From Candidatus Eiseniibacteriota bacterium (GTDB taxonomy: Bacteria; Eisenbacteria; RBG-16-71-46; JABDJR01): a stretch of DNA of 64,000 nucleotides. Position 1 is the stretch's first letter. Each line of letters starts with the position of its first letter. Positions 10,006-19,790 of this stretch are shown piece after piece. Under the pieces are notes generated by a model. The model saw nothing but the letters and a program-made list of their open reading frames with translations. It was not told the origin of the DNA and made no database searches. A program made the translations under genes and the position numbers. The stretch is from contig CAWANH010000029.1 in assembly GCA_963783375.1 (NCBI GenBank), forward strand, positions 544,001 through 608,000. The letters are read 5' to 3'.

Positions 10006-11587
10006 ACGGGTCCACGAGGTCATCATCGTGGGATCGGGGGCGGCCGGGGTCTTCGCCGCCCACGCCCTCAGAGGCCGGGACGTTTGCGTGGTGGACGTGG
10101 GTTCCGGACCAACCGTTTCACCTCCTCCCGGCGGCGACCTGTACGCCCTGCGCGCCCAGCGAGACATGCTCGCCGACCTGATCGGCCCTTCCTTCGAATC
10201 GATACAGAACATCGTGGGGGAGGAGCTGAGTCCGAAGCTCAAGGCCCCCCACTTCCGCTTCGTGACCCGCCGTCCCGAGGGCGCTGGGGGGATTCACTCC
10301 CGGACCTTCCGCCCCGTGGTGAGCTACGCGGAGGGAGGGTTGGCCAATGCCTGGGGAGCCCAAGTCTACCGGTACGGGGATGAGGACCTTCGCGGCTTCC
10401 CCCTCGTTGCGACGGACCTCGACCCCTACTACGACCGGGTGACCGACGTGGTCGGAATCTCGGGGACGACGGACGACCTGGCCGAGTTCCACCGGAGCGA
10501 CTACGGGCTGGACCCACCTCTGGCCCTCACCCCTCTGGCCGATTCCCTCCTCTCCCGGTACCGGTCCCGGCGGAGATACTTCCATGCCCGGGGCCTCCGG
10601 ATCGGTCGCCCGCGACTGGCCGTCCTCTCCCGCGACCGCGCCGGCCGCGCCGGCCTCGACTATCGCAACCTCGAGTTCTTCTGGCCGCGGATTCCGGCGA
10701 TCTACACCCCGGCCTACACGCTGCGCGAGATGGTCGCGGCCGGGACCTGCCGCTATCTCCCCGGCCACTTCGCCCGCCGGTTTCAGGAGACCGGGGACTC
10801 GGTGCACCTCGAGACCACGGACCTGGCCAGCGGGGAGACCGTCACCCTTCGCGCCCGGTATCTGGTTCTGGCCCTGGGCGCCCTCAATACCCCACGACTC
10901 GTGCTCCACTCGGCCGGGGACACCCGGGCCCGCCTTCCCATAGTGGAGAACCCCTGTTCGTTCACCGCGCTCCTCGCCCCCGATCACCTGGGACACCGCC
11001 TCACCACCTCGGCCTACTCGTCCCAGCTCAACTATGTGTACCGGGGCCGCCGCCATCTGCCCCCGGTGATCGGCATGCTCTACGGAGTGGAGGGGCTCCT
11101 TCGATCCGATCTCCTGTTCAACTTTCCCCTGGCCATGCGCGGGTGTCTGGCCGCGGCCAGGCTGGCCCTCCCCGCGATGCTGCTCCTCCAGGTATTCTAC
11201 GACGGTGAACCGAACCCCGGGAACGTGCTGGGGGTGGATGCCGCGGGAAACCTGACGGTGGAGCACGTTCCTCACACCGTGGAGGAGGTTGAAAGCCGCC
11301 TCCTGGCCGCGTTCCGGCGGATCGGCTTTTTTGGGGCGGGGCGCATGGTGCGGCGCCTGGAGCCGGGACAGAGCATTCACTACGGAGGGTCCCTCCCGAT
11401 GCGGGAGACCCCGCGGGAACCCTACGAAACGCACGTCGACGGGCGCCTGACCGGAGCGCGTCGCGTACTCGTCACCGACTCCAGCGTGTTTCCCCGCCTT
11501 CCGGCCAAGAACCTCACCTTCACCATCATGGCCAACGCCGCCCGGGTGGGCGACGGGCTCCGGGCCCGCCTGGAGGCTGGGGAGTGA
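9998..11587 (+). CDS. GMC-family FAD-dependent oxidoreductase
   Basis: IIVGSGAAG FAD motif, GGLANAWGA, LALGALNTPRLVL, SIHYGG, DSSVFPRLPAKNLTFTIMANAARV. Confidence 0.85.
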   Translation: MGERVHEVIIVGSGAAGVFAAHALRGRDVCVVDVGSGPTVSPPPGGDLYALRAQRDMLADLIGPSFESIQNIVGEELSPKLKAPHFRFVTRRPEGAGGIHSRTFRPVVSYAEGGLANAWGAQVYRYGDEDLRGFPLVATDLDPYYDRVTDVVGISGTTDDLAEFHRSDYGLDPPLALTPLADSLLSRYRSRRRYFHARGLRIGRPRLAVLSRDRAGRAGLDYRNLEFFWPRIPAIYTPAYTLREMVAAGTCRYLPGHFARRFQETGDSVHLETTDLASGETVTLRARYLVLALGALNTPRLVLHSAGDTRARLPIVENPCSFTALLAPDHLGHRLTTSAYSSQLNYVYRGRRHLPPVIGMLYGVEGLLRSDLLFNFPLAMRGCLAAARLALPAMLLLQVFYDGEPNPGNVLGVDAAGNLTVEHVPHTVEEVESRLLAAFRRIGFFGAGRMVRRLEPGQSIHYGGSLPMRETPREPYETHVDGRLTGARRVLVTDSSVFPRLPAKNLTFTIMANAARVGDGLRARLEAGE

Positions 11588-12473
11588 CCGTGTTCATCAC
11601 CGGCATCGCCGGGTTCCTTGGACGCGCGCTGGCGCTCCACCTGATCGCGAGGGGGGAAGCGGTCCGTGGCTCATCCCGCTCCCCCACCCCACCAGACCTC
11701 TCTGCCGTGGCGGAGATTCGCCGCCACCGATTCGGCGATGCCGTGGGCCCGTCCTTCTTCTCCGGGGTGGACGTGGTCGTCCACTGCGCCCACGATTCCG
11801 CCCCGGGCGGGGGGGAAGCCACCCTGCTCGGAACTCGGGCCCTCTTGCGGGCGGCCGAAGCCGCCGGGGTGGGCCGGCAGGTCTACGTCACTCGCTGGCC
11901 GCCCGCCCCGACGCGATCACCGAGTACGGACGCACCAAGCACCGCCTTGAGGAAGAGTTTCTCGGGGCCGGGCACCCGGTCGTGCGCCCTGGGACCATTC
12001 TTGGGCCGGGCGGCCTCTTCGGCCGCATCGCGCGGACGGTGCTGGAGCGGCCACTGGTCCTCCTCGTGGACGGCGGGCGGGGACGGATGATCGTGGTGGG
12101 GACACGGGACGTCTGTTGCGCGCTCGAGGTGGTGGCCCGGGGAACCGCGGCCGGCGTCCACAACCTGTACGTCCCCGGGACGATCACCATGCGGGAAGTT
12201 CTCACGCTGTTGGCCGAGATTCGCGGACGCCGCCCGCACTTCCTGAGCGTCCCCTCCGGACTCCTGCTGCCGGTGCTCGCCACCGCCGAGAGGCTGGGGT
12301 TCCGCATGCCCGTGACCTCCGAGAACCTCCGAGGCTACAGGGTCAGCCAGACCGGGATCGGGAACACGCACCTCCCTGAGCTGGTCCGGACTATCGTCCG
12401 TTGCGCGAGGCGCTACGGGAGTCCTTCGCGGCGTCGGACGGTGAGCCGGGCCTGGGGAGGTAACGATTGCTGA
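11584..12473 (+). CDS. NAD-dependent epimerase/dehydratase (extended SDR), frameshift near 11891; end approximate
   Basis: ITGIAGFLG, DVVVHCA; YGRTK (YxxxK) and VRPGTILG in the second frame. Confidence 0.82.
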
Positions 12474-13677
12474 CCAGCCCCGCGTAATACTCGGGGCGCG
12501 TGAAGTCGGGAACGCCGCCCTCGGGGAGGGCCGGGGCCGTAACTCCAAGCAGTGAGCAACAAGCGTCCAGTACCCGGCGAACGGAGAGACTCTTGAGGCA
12601 CTGGTTGTCCCCCCCGCATGGGATGGGTTCCCAGTGATGGATGCAGGGGGAGCAGAAGAAATCCTCAGAGAGCGCCACCGCGTCTGTTCTCCCCTTCGGG
12701 AAGTACGTGCTGGCCCGGGTGGGTCCGAAGATGCCGATCAGAGGGACTCCGGTCGATAGGGCGAGGTGGAGGGGCGCGGTGTCGTTGGAGACGACCAACC
12801 GGGCGTTGGCCAGGAGCCGCACCGTCTGGCGAAGATCCAGGGTTCCGGAGAGGTCGGTCAGTCGGGGATGCGCAGGTATCCGGCCACTCTCCCGGACCTC
12901 CGCCTCGCCATGGCCGATGAGGACGGCGGTGAGGTCCGGGCAGTGATCCAGAAGGGCCCGGATCAGGACCTCGAAGTACTCCCGCGGCCATCGTCTTTCC
13001 AGCGACAATTCGCCGGCGTGGATGTTGACGACAACGTAGGGTGGCTGCGCCTCCGGGAGCGGGTCCGGATTGAAGCGATACGGGCCGTAGATCGAGGTGT
13101 CGGCGATCTCCGATCCCGGCATGGCCAGACCGATCAGCTTGGCGTACGCCTCCCCGAGATATCGGTACCGATTGAAGTAGATCAGATGGGTGTGGGTCCA
13201 TTGCCGGTGCTTTATGGTGTCGATGGCGAAACCCGCCCGGTTCCGCGGGCAACTCACCGTCATGAGAATGGACGAGAGCTTGGAGTACACCTCCAGGTCG
13301 AAGGCCCAGTCGGGACGATGCCGCCAATGATGGAAGAGGCCTCCGGCGACCGAGGCCAGGGCGCGTAGAAGGTTCCGGTCGTCGAGCAGGACGAACTCGT
13401 CGAATTCCGGCATTTCCCGGGCCAGGATGACCGTGCCAGGGCTGCCCCAGAACACCAGGCGGGCCCGGGGGTAGGCCCGTCGGAGGGCGACCAGGGCCGG
13501 CTTGGCGAGAACCAGGGAGCCCATCCCCTGGAACTTGAGCACCAGCACGCGCTCCACCGGCTCCACCCGGTGACTTCGTCGCAACAGGAGCCCGAGCAGG
13601 AGCGCGGCGTAGTTGAGAACGAAGAGGATCGGGTACCCGGCGAACTCGTCGATCTTCCGTTTCGTCTGCAGTCGCAT
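12391..13677 (-). CDS. GT9-family (heptosyltransferase-like) glycosyltransferase
   Basis: LKFQGMGSLV, RRWP, DLSGTL, VSNDTAPLHLA, IFGPT, CSPC. Confidence 0.85.
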   Translation of the reverse strand: MRLQTKRKIDEFAGYPILFVLNYAALLLGLLLRRSHRVEPVERVLVLKFQGMGSLVLAKPALVALRRAYPRARLVFWGSPGTVILAREMPEFDEFVLLDDRNLLRALASVAGGLFHHWRHRPDWAFDLEVYSKLSSILMTVSCPRNRAGFAIDTIKHRQWTHTHLIYFNRYRYLGEAYAKLIGLAMPGSEIADTSIYGPYRFNPDPLPEAQPPYVVVNIHAGELSLERRWPREYFEVLIRALLDHCPDLTAVLIGHGEAEVRESGRIPAHPRLTDLSGTLDLRQTVRLLANARLVVSNDTAPLHLALSTGVPLIGIFGPTRASTYFPKGRTDAVALSEDFFCSPCIHHWEPIPCGGDNQCLKSLSVRRVLDACCSLLGVTAPALPEGGVPDFTRPEYYAGLVSNRYLPRPGSPSDAAKDSRSASRNGR

Positions 13678-13683
13678 GATCGG

Positions 13684-14990
13684 TCAGGTCGTCGCCGCGC
13701 GTTCGCGGACGTGGAGCGTGGCGACGAGGGCGTATAGAACCCAGGTCCCGGCCAACGGAAGGGCGGCCAGGATCGGGGCCAGAGGGTTGTGCCAGAATCC
13801 GGTGGGCATGCGGTTGTAGAGGTAGAGCGACAGGAGCCCCCCCCACGCCACCAACCAGGGCCAGACCAGTCGCCCCGCCCGGTTGCTCGTCTGGGCCAGG
13901 AGATAGGCGGCGGCCACGGTGAACGGAACAGCCAGGACGACGAGATGGTGGGTCCAGGTGAACGGGGACACGGTGAACACCCACGGCACCATCAGGGAGA
14001 AGGCCAAGGGCGGGAGCCAGGGGGAGGAGCCCCTGCGCCCCCGGTGTAGCAGGAGGACGGTCACCGCCAGCAAGCCAAGGGTAAAGATCCGCGAGATCCA
14101 GGCCACCAGGGGGGGGATGACCACCAGGGTCAGATCCCCTGGATTGAGGGGCTCGATCCATCGCAGGAGGACGGCGGCAAGGGATTGGTTGGTCAGACGC
14201 TCGGTGGTGTACGGGCCGTACTGTAGCATCAGGTGGAAGTAGCGGACGTGCACTGCGGGCCCGAGCACGAGAACGCTCACCGCAAGGAGACCCGCCCCCG
14301 CGATCGCCCCGGCGACCAGCAACCTCCAGCGCCGGAGGGCGAGAAGCGGCAGGGCAAAGAGCACCGGGAAGACCTTGATGCCGGCGATCAGCGCCCACCA
14401 CAAGCCGGCCTCGGCGGCGCGGTGACGGGAAAACGCGCTGGCGAAGAGCACCAAAAGGAAGAAGATCGCGATGCTGGTCTGCCCCGCCTCCAACCCCTGG
14501 ATGAACATGTATGACGGGCAGAGAAAGAGAAATACCACGGCCACCGCCGCTGCCCCAAAGGCGGGAAGGGACCTTGCCAGGAGGATCAAACCCGCCACGA
14601 CCAGGATCCAGTTGAGGACGTAGAGGAGGACCAGGCCCTGATACGGCGTGAACAAGGTGAGGGGAACGGCGAAGATGGCGACCCAGGGGGGATAGACGAA
14701 GTAGCTGAACCGGGTGAGCCCACGCTCGGCGGCCAACTTCCCGAGGCGGCTTTCCGGAAACGTAGGCGTAGTGAGGCCGGTGACGAGATCGGTGAAGTAG
14801 AGCGCGTCCGGTTCGTGGTGGGTGACGGCTAGGCCGGCGGCGTAATACTGGCCGAAGTCGGGGGGACGGGATGGCTGGGACCCGGAAAGGAACGAACGAA
14901 CACCAGCGTCGCCTGTACCACCAAGAGTCCGGCCACGAGGAGGTACAGGACACGACGCTGCGGCGCGGGGGGAAATGAACGGAACGTCAT
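13684..14990 (-). CDS. GT87/DUF2029 GT-C glycosyltransferase (frameshift in the run near 14862)
   Basis: DFGQYY, FVYPP, GQ, IKVFP, NQSL, SPFTWTHH; the first TM segment (MTFRSF...LLVAGLLVVQATLVFV) is in another frame starting at ATG 14990. Confidence 0.85.
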
Positions 14991-15094
14991 GATAGGTGGC
15001 GGCCCTCGCCCGGGGGTTCACCCCTACCGGAGCAGTTCATAGGGGGGGGAGAATAGCACGCGCCCGCGGTGGCGGACAACGCGGTCGGCGGCGG

Positions 15095-16297
15095 TCAGCC
15101 CTCCCGCACCTCCAGCCCCAATGCCCCCGCGTACCGCGCCACCGCGGTCCGAACCGCCTCGGCGTCGGCGGCCGGCCGCGCCCCGGCGCCCGATTCGTAC
15201 CGGCACGAGAGCACCCGCAACCAACCCGCGTCCCGCTCCGCCTTGAGATCCACCCGCGCCACCAGCCGCTCCCCGGCCAGGACCGGCAGGCAGTAGTAGC
15301 CGTAGGTGCGCTTCGCCGCCGGCTTGAAGATCTCGAGCATCTGCTCGAAGCCGAAGAGACGCTGCACGCGCTTCCGGTCCCAGAGAACCGGATCGAAGGG
15401 CGAGAGCAAGACCCCGCGGTCCCGGCGGGGACGAACCGGGCGGAGCCGCCCGGCCAGTTCCAGGTCCCCGGGCCGGATCCACCCCTTGACCCGCCGCCCG
15501 GCATCGTTCAGGGCGCAGGGGACGACCTCCCCCGCGGTGGCCATCTCCGCCAGCGCCCGCTCCACCCCGGCGCGATGGCGCATGAGCCGGAAGGTCTGTA
15601 CGATGGCGCCGGTCTCCGCCCAGCCGTGGCCGTCCAGGGCTTTCAGGACCAGGGTCCGGAGCGCCGCCTTCTCCCCCACCCGCTCCCGGCGCAGCGCCTC
15701 GGGGATCACCCGTTCGGCGAGGTCGTAGGCGCGCTGGAAATTTCGCCGCTCGCGGACCGCCAGCTCCCCCGAGGACCAGAGCGCCACCGCGACCTTCTTC
15801 GCCGGGCGGTGCCCCCACCAGGGACCGTGATCCGTTCCTTCGAGATCGGTGGAGCGGAGCGGGCCGTCGTTGCGGACCCGGCGCAGCAGCTCCCGGGCCA
15901 GGTCCCGGTGCTCGACCAGGATGTCCCCCCACCAGGGGTGCTTCCGGAAGCGCTTCCGGCGGAAGGCGAAGACCGGGTAGAGATCCAGGGGAAGCCAGGA
16001 CGCCTCGTGTCCCCAGTATTCGAAGAGCGGCTCGCCGGGTTGAAGGAGGCTCTCCCCCAGTTCCGGAGCGAATCCCGGAAGGCGCGACAGCAAGACGATG
16101 GCGTGGCTCCGCGCCCCCGCCACCGAGACGGTGTCGAGCTGGAGGTAGCCGAAGCGGCCGATCACCGCGTGGGCGGCCGCCCGCGCCCGCCGCTCGCCGC
16201 GGCCCGCGGAAACCGGAAAGCCCGACCACTCCGGCTTCAGGAGGCCGGCCCGGGCCAGGGCCAGCCGCCGGGCCCCGGGAACGTCGAGGGTCTCCAT
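15095..16297 (-). CDS. YcaQ-family (HTH_42) DNA interstrand-crosslink glycosylase
   Basis: LQLD (QxD) motif, LFEYWGHEAS, LLSPFDPVLWDR, RTYGYYCLPVL, RVDLKA. Confidence 0.88.
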   Translation of the reverse strand: METLDVPGARRLALARAGLLKPEWSGFPVSAGRGERRARAAAHAVIGRFGYLQLDTVSVAGARSHAIVLLSRLPGFAPELGESLLQPGEPLFEYWGHEASWLPLDLYPVFAFRRKRFRKHPWWGDILVEHRDLARELLRRVRNDGPLRSTDLEGTDHGPWWGHRPAKKVAVALWSSGELAVRERRNFQRAYDLAERVIPEALRRERVGEKAALRTLVLKALDGHGWAETGAIVQTFRLMRHRAGVERALAEMATAGEVVPCALNDAGRRVKGWIRPGDLELAGRLRPVRPRRDRGVLLSPFDPVLWDRKRVQRLFGFEQMLEIFKPAAKRTYGYYCLPVLAGERLVARVDLKAERDAGWLRVLSCRYESGAGARPAADAEAVRTAVARYAGALGLEVREG

Positions 16298-16298
16298 C

Positions 16299-16820
16299 CT
16301 ATTCGGCGTCGTAGATCACCAGGCTCATGACCGGCCGGCCCGGAAGCTCCTTCCGCCCGTTCAGGAATCCCAGCTCCACCACGAAGGCCAGCCCGGCCAC
16401 CTCGGCCCCCAGCCGCTCCACCAGGCGCACCGCCGCGCCCGCCGTCCCCCCGGTGGCCAGGAGATCGTCCACCACCAGGACCTTGTCCCGGGGACCCAGG
16501 GCATCCTCGTGGATCTCCAGGGTCGCCTCGCCGTACTCCAGCTCGTAGGACTCGGCGAACCGCTTGGACGGAAGCTTCCCTTCCTTCCGGATGGGGACGA
16601 ATCCCACCCCGAGCCGGCGAGCCACCGCGATCCCGAAGATGAAACCTCGGCTCTCGATCCCGGCCACCGCGGTGATCCCCTCCCCGGCGAACGGCTCGGT
16701 GAGGCGGTCCTCGGCCCAGGCGAAGGCCTTGGGATCTCGGAGGAGCGGCGTGATGTCCCGGAACACGATCCCGGGTTTGGGAAAATCGGGGACGCTCCGG
16801 ATGAACTGCTTCAGATCCAT
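16299..16820 (-). CDS. apt: Adenine phosphoribosyltransferase
   Basis: [45 protein letters not shown]. Confidence 0.96.
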   Translation of the reverse strand: MDLKQFIRSVPDFPKPGIVFRDITPLLRDPKAFAWAEDRLTEPFAGEGITAVAGIESRGFIFGIAVARRLGVGFVPIRKEGKLPSKRFAESYELEYGEATLEIHEDALGPRDKVLVVDDLLATGGTAGAAVRLVERLGAEVAGLAFVVELGFLNGRKELPGRPVMSLVIYDAE

Positions 16821-16851
16821 GAAACCCCTCCTCACCGCCGGCCCCGCCGGC

Positions 16852-17916
16852 TCACGCAATGTCGTTCAGCTTGACGCCCTTTTCCGAAAGTTCGATGAAC
16901 CGCTTCATCCGCATGAGCGCCGCCTTCTCGATCTGGCGGATGCGCTCCCGGCTCACCCCCAGATGCTCCCCGGTCTTGGCCAGCGATTGGGCGGTCCCGT
17001 CGTCGAACCCGTAGCGAATCCTGAGCACCAGCTCCTCCCGCTCCGAGAGCTTCCCCAGGAGCCGGTTCAGCCGTTCGCGCTCCAGGAGCCGCTCGATGTA
17101 CTGCTCGAAACCCGCCGGCGGCTCCGCCATCTCGGTCTCGGCCAGGCTCCCCATGGCGTCCCAGGAACTCTCGTAGTCCAGGTTCTTGATGCTCCGGATG
17201 AGCTGGCGCACCTTGGCGAGCCGCTTGACCGGCTCCCCCATGTCCTTCGCCACCTCGGCCATGGTGGGAAGATGCCCGGTGCGATGGCGGAGCCGCGCTT
17301 CCACCGCCAGGTAGCGGTTCACGAGCTGCATGACGTGGAAGGGAATCCGCACCGTCCGGGACTGGTTGGCCACCCCCCGGGCCAGGGCCTGCTTGATCCA
17401 CCAGGAGCCGTAGGTCGAGAACCGGAAGCCGCGGGCGTAGTCGAAGCGGTCCACCGCGGCGATGAGCCCCAGGTTCCCCTCCTCGATGAGGTCCTCGAAA
17501 GGCACCCCCCGGCCCCCGTAGCTCCGGGCGATCTTCACCACGAGGCGGAGGTTCGAGACGATGAGCTTCTTCCGGGCCTCGAACCGGTTGTGGGGGGTGG
17601 ACCCCTCGCGCATCTCCCGCCCGTAGCGCTGCTCTTCCTCGGCGGTGAGGAGCGGGTGGCGACCGAGGTCGCGAAGATAGATCTGGAGGGAATCGAGCTC
17701 CGCGCCGGACGGCTCCGTCTTGGCCGGGCGGGCGTCCTCCTCGATCTCGAGTCCCAGTTGCCGGGTCACGTCGAGGAACAGGTCGAACGCGGTCTCGTCG
17801 AACTCCTTGTGATCGAGAAGGCCGTCGATCTCGCTCTGAAGGATGTGCCCGCGTTTCGTTCCCGCCTGAAGGATGCGATGGGTGCGGTCGGCGAAGGTCT
17901 CGATGGGTTCGGGCAT
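16852..17916 (-). CDS. sigma70-family RNA polymerase sigma factor (RpoD/RpoS-like)
   Basis: [53 protein letters not shown]. Confidence 0.92.
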   Translation of the reverse strand: MPEPIETFADRTHRILQAGTKRGHILQSEIDGLLDHKEFDETAFDLFLDVTRQLGLEIEEDARPAKTEPSGAELDSLQIYLRDLGRHPLLTAEEEQRYGREMREGSTPHNRFEARKKLIVSNLRLVVKIARSYGGRGVPFEDLIEEGNLGLIAAVDRFDYARGFRFSTYGSWWIKQALARGVANQSRTVRIPFHVMQLVNRYLAVEARLRHRTGHLPTMAEVAKDMGEPVKRLAKVRQLIRSIKNLDYESSWDAMGSLAETEMAEPPAGFEQYIERLLERERLNRLLGKLSEREELVLRIRYGFDDGTAQSLAKTGEHLGVSRERIRQIEKAALMRMKRFIELSEKGVKLNDIA

Positions 17917-17928
17917 CGCTCTCCTTCC

Positions 17929-18210
17929 TCAGCCGGTGATGGTGAACCCGGCGGTGGGGGGATCGTCGGAACGCTCCCACTCCTCCTCCACCCGGTCCAC
18001 CCGCGCCCCTTCCGGTCCCCGCTGGAGCCACTCCAGAAACTCCCGCAACCGGTCCTCCGGGCCCTCGGCCCGGGTCTCCACGCTGCCGTCGGGGAGGTTC
18101 CGCACCCAACCGCCCAGCCCCCGTCGCGCGGCCTCACGCCGGGCCGAGGCGCGGAAGAACACCCCCTGGACGTGGCCGTGGATGGTGGCGTGGAGCACGG
18201 TGGTGTACAT
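17929..18210 (-). CDS. acyP: Acylphosphatase
   Basis: [23 protein letters not shown]. Confidence 0.93.
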   Translation of the reverse strand: MYTTVLHATIHGHVQGVFFRASARREAARRGLGGWVRNLPDGSVETRAEGPEDRLREFLEWLQRGPEGARVDRVEEEWERSDDPPTAGFTITG

Positions 18211-18372
18211 GGCGTTCCTGGTTCGCGCGGGGCGGGATCCCGCTCCCGCCGTGCGGCTCGACGCACCAGACTAGCGCGGAACGCGGCCCGATGGGATTCG
18301 AAAGTGACCGCCCGGGGGGCCGGCTCGGCCCGCGCCCGGGAGCCCGGAGACCCCCCCGCGGGGGGATGAAAA

Positions 18373-18449
<77 letters not shown>

Positions 18450-18517
18450 ACCTCAAGAAACCCGTTCTCGCGCCCTGCGCCTCCGGGGGAATGGACGGCC
18501 GGACACGAGAGCCGATA

Positions 18518-18546
18518 ACTATAGGGATCGCCCCTCGTTCCCGCAA
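18518..18546 (-). promoter_or_regulatory. Probable promoter for tRNA-Pro/acyP/sigma unit
   Basis: TTGCGG, 17 nt spacer, TATAGT. Confidence 0.55.
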
Positions 18547-18598
18547 GCCCTCTCCGCTCCCTGGGGCGGAATTCAGCGATAGACCGGCCCGACCGCCC

Positions 18599-19102
18599 CT
18601 ACCGCCCCCCGAGTAGGCCTCCCAGCCCGACCACCCCGGTCACGGCCAGGGTGACCACCACCCCGGCCAGGAGCACCCCGGCCACGATGGCGGGAAATGA
18701 CCGGTGAAAGCGAATCCCCAGGAGGAAGGCCAGGGCCGCCCCCGTCCACGCCCCGGTCACCGGGAGGGGCACGGCCACGAACAGGGCCAGCCCCCAGGGG
18801 CCGTACCGGTCCACCGGGCCGCTCTTCTTCCGGGTGCGCGCGAAGAGCCACTCGAAGAACCGCCCGAAGCCGGGAAGATGGCTGAGCCAGCGGGAGAGCG
18901 GACCCAGGAAGAGCAGGATGGGAATCACCGGCACCAGGTTTCCGGCCACCGCAAAGACGTAGGCGGTGGTCCAGGGGAGCCCGGCCACCCCGATGGCGTA
19001 GGGGATGGCCCCCCGGAGCTCCACGATGGGGAACATGGAGATGACGAAGGTGGTCCACTCCGGCGGGAGGAACTGGAAGGCATGGATGACCGCTTCCCTC
19101 AC
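18599..19102 (-). CDS. COG2426-type small multidrug-export-like membrane protein
   Basis: SMFPIVELRGAIP, GN, LFVAVPLPVTGAWTG. Confidence 0.85.
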   Translation of the reverse strand: MREAVIHAFQFLPPEWTTFVISMFPIVELRGAIPYAIGVAGLPWTTAYVFAVAGNLVPVIPILLFLGPLSRWLSHLPGFGRFFEWLFARTRKKSGPVDRYGPWGLALFVAVPLPVTGAWTGAALAFLLGIRFHRSFPAIVAGVLLAGVVVTLAVTGVVGLGGLLGGR

Positions 19103-19127
19103 CGGCTGGCTCCCGCCGGCCCGCGGC

Positions 19128-19790
19128 TCATCGGGCTTCCACCTCGAATCCGTCCCGGCCCAGAAGCGGCACGAAGACGCAGCGGACCAGCGCCTCTTCC
19201 CGGGCCCCCTCCCCCTCGCGGGTGTATCGCATGAGGGTCTGCTCCAGGCGGTCCCCCACCGGAGCGACCAGGATCCCCCCGTCTTCCAGCTGCTCCAGGA
19301 GCGCGCGGGGAGCGTGCGGGGCGGCCGCGGTCACCACGATGCGGTCGTAGGGGGCCGCCTCCTTGAACCCGGTGCTCCCGTCCCCCACCTTGACCACGAT
19401 CCCCGACAGATCGAGCGCCCCGAACAGCTTCTGGGTCCGCCGGGCCAGATCGGCGATCCGCTCCACCGTGATCACCCGGCAACCCATTTCGGTCAGGACC
19501 GCGGCCTGGTACCCGGAGCCGGTCCCGACCTCCAACACCTTCATTCCCGGCTCGAGCTTCAGCGCCGCGGTCATCAGCGCCACCATGTTGGGGGCGGAGA
19601 TGGTCTGCCCGCCGCCGATGGGGAGCGCGGACCCCGAGTAGGCGTCGTGCTCCATGGCCGGGGGTACGAAGCGGTGGCGGGGAACCCGTCGCATGGCCTC
19701 GATCACCCGCGGGTCGGTGATCCCGCGGCCGATCACCTCGTTCTCCACCATCCGATCGCGGGCCTGGGGGAAATCGCGCCGTTCGGTCAT
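19128..19790 (-). CDS. pcm: Protein-L-isoaspartate O-methyltransferase
   Basis: VPRHRFV, GQTISAP, VLEVGTGSGYQAA, APYDRIVVTAA; ATG 19790. Confidence 0.95.
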   Translation of the reverse strand: MTERRDFPQARDRMVENEVIGRGITDPRVIEAMRRVPRHRFVPPAMEHDAYSGSALPIGGGQTISAPNMVALMTAALKLEPGMKVLEVGTGSGYQAAVLTEMGCRVITVERIADLARRTQKLFGALDLSGIVVKVGDGSTGFKEAAPYDRIVVTAAAPHAPRALLEQLEDGGILVAPVGDRLEQTLMRYTREGEGAREEALVRCVFVPLLGRDGFEVEAR

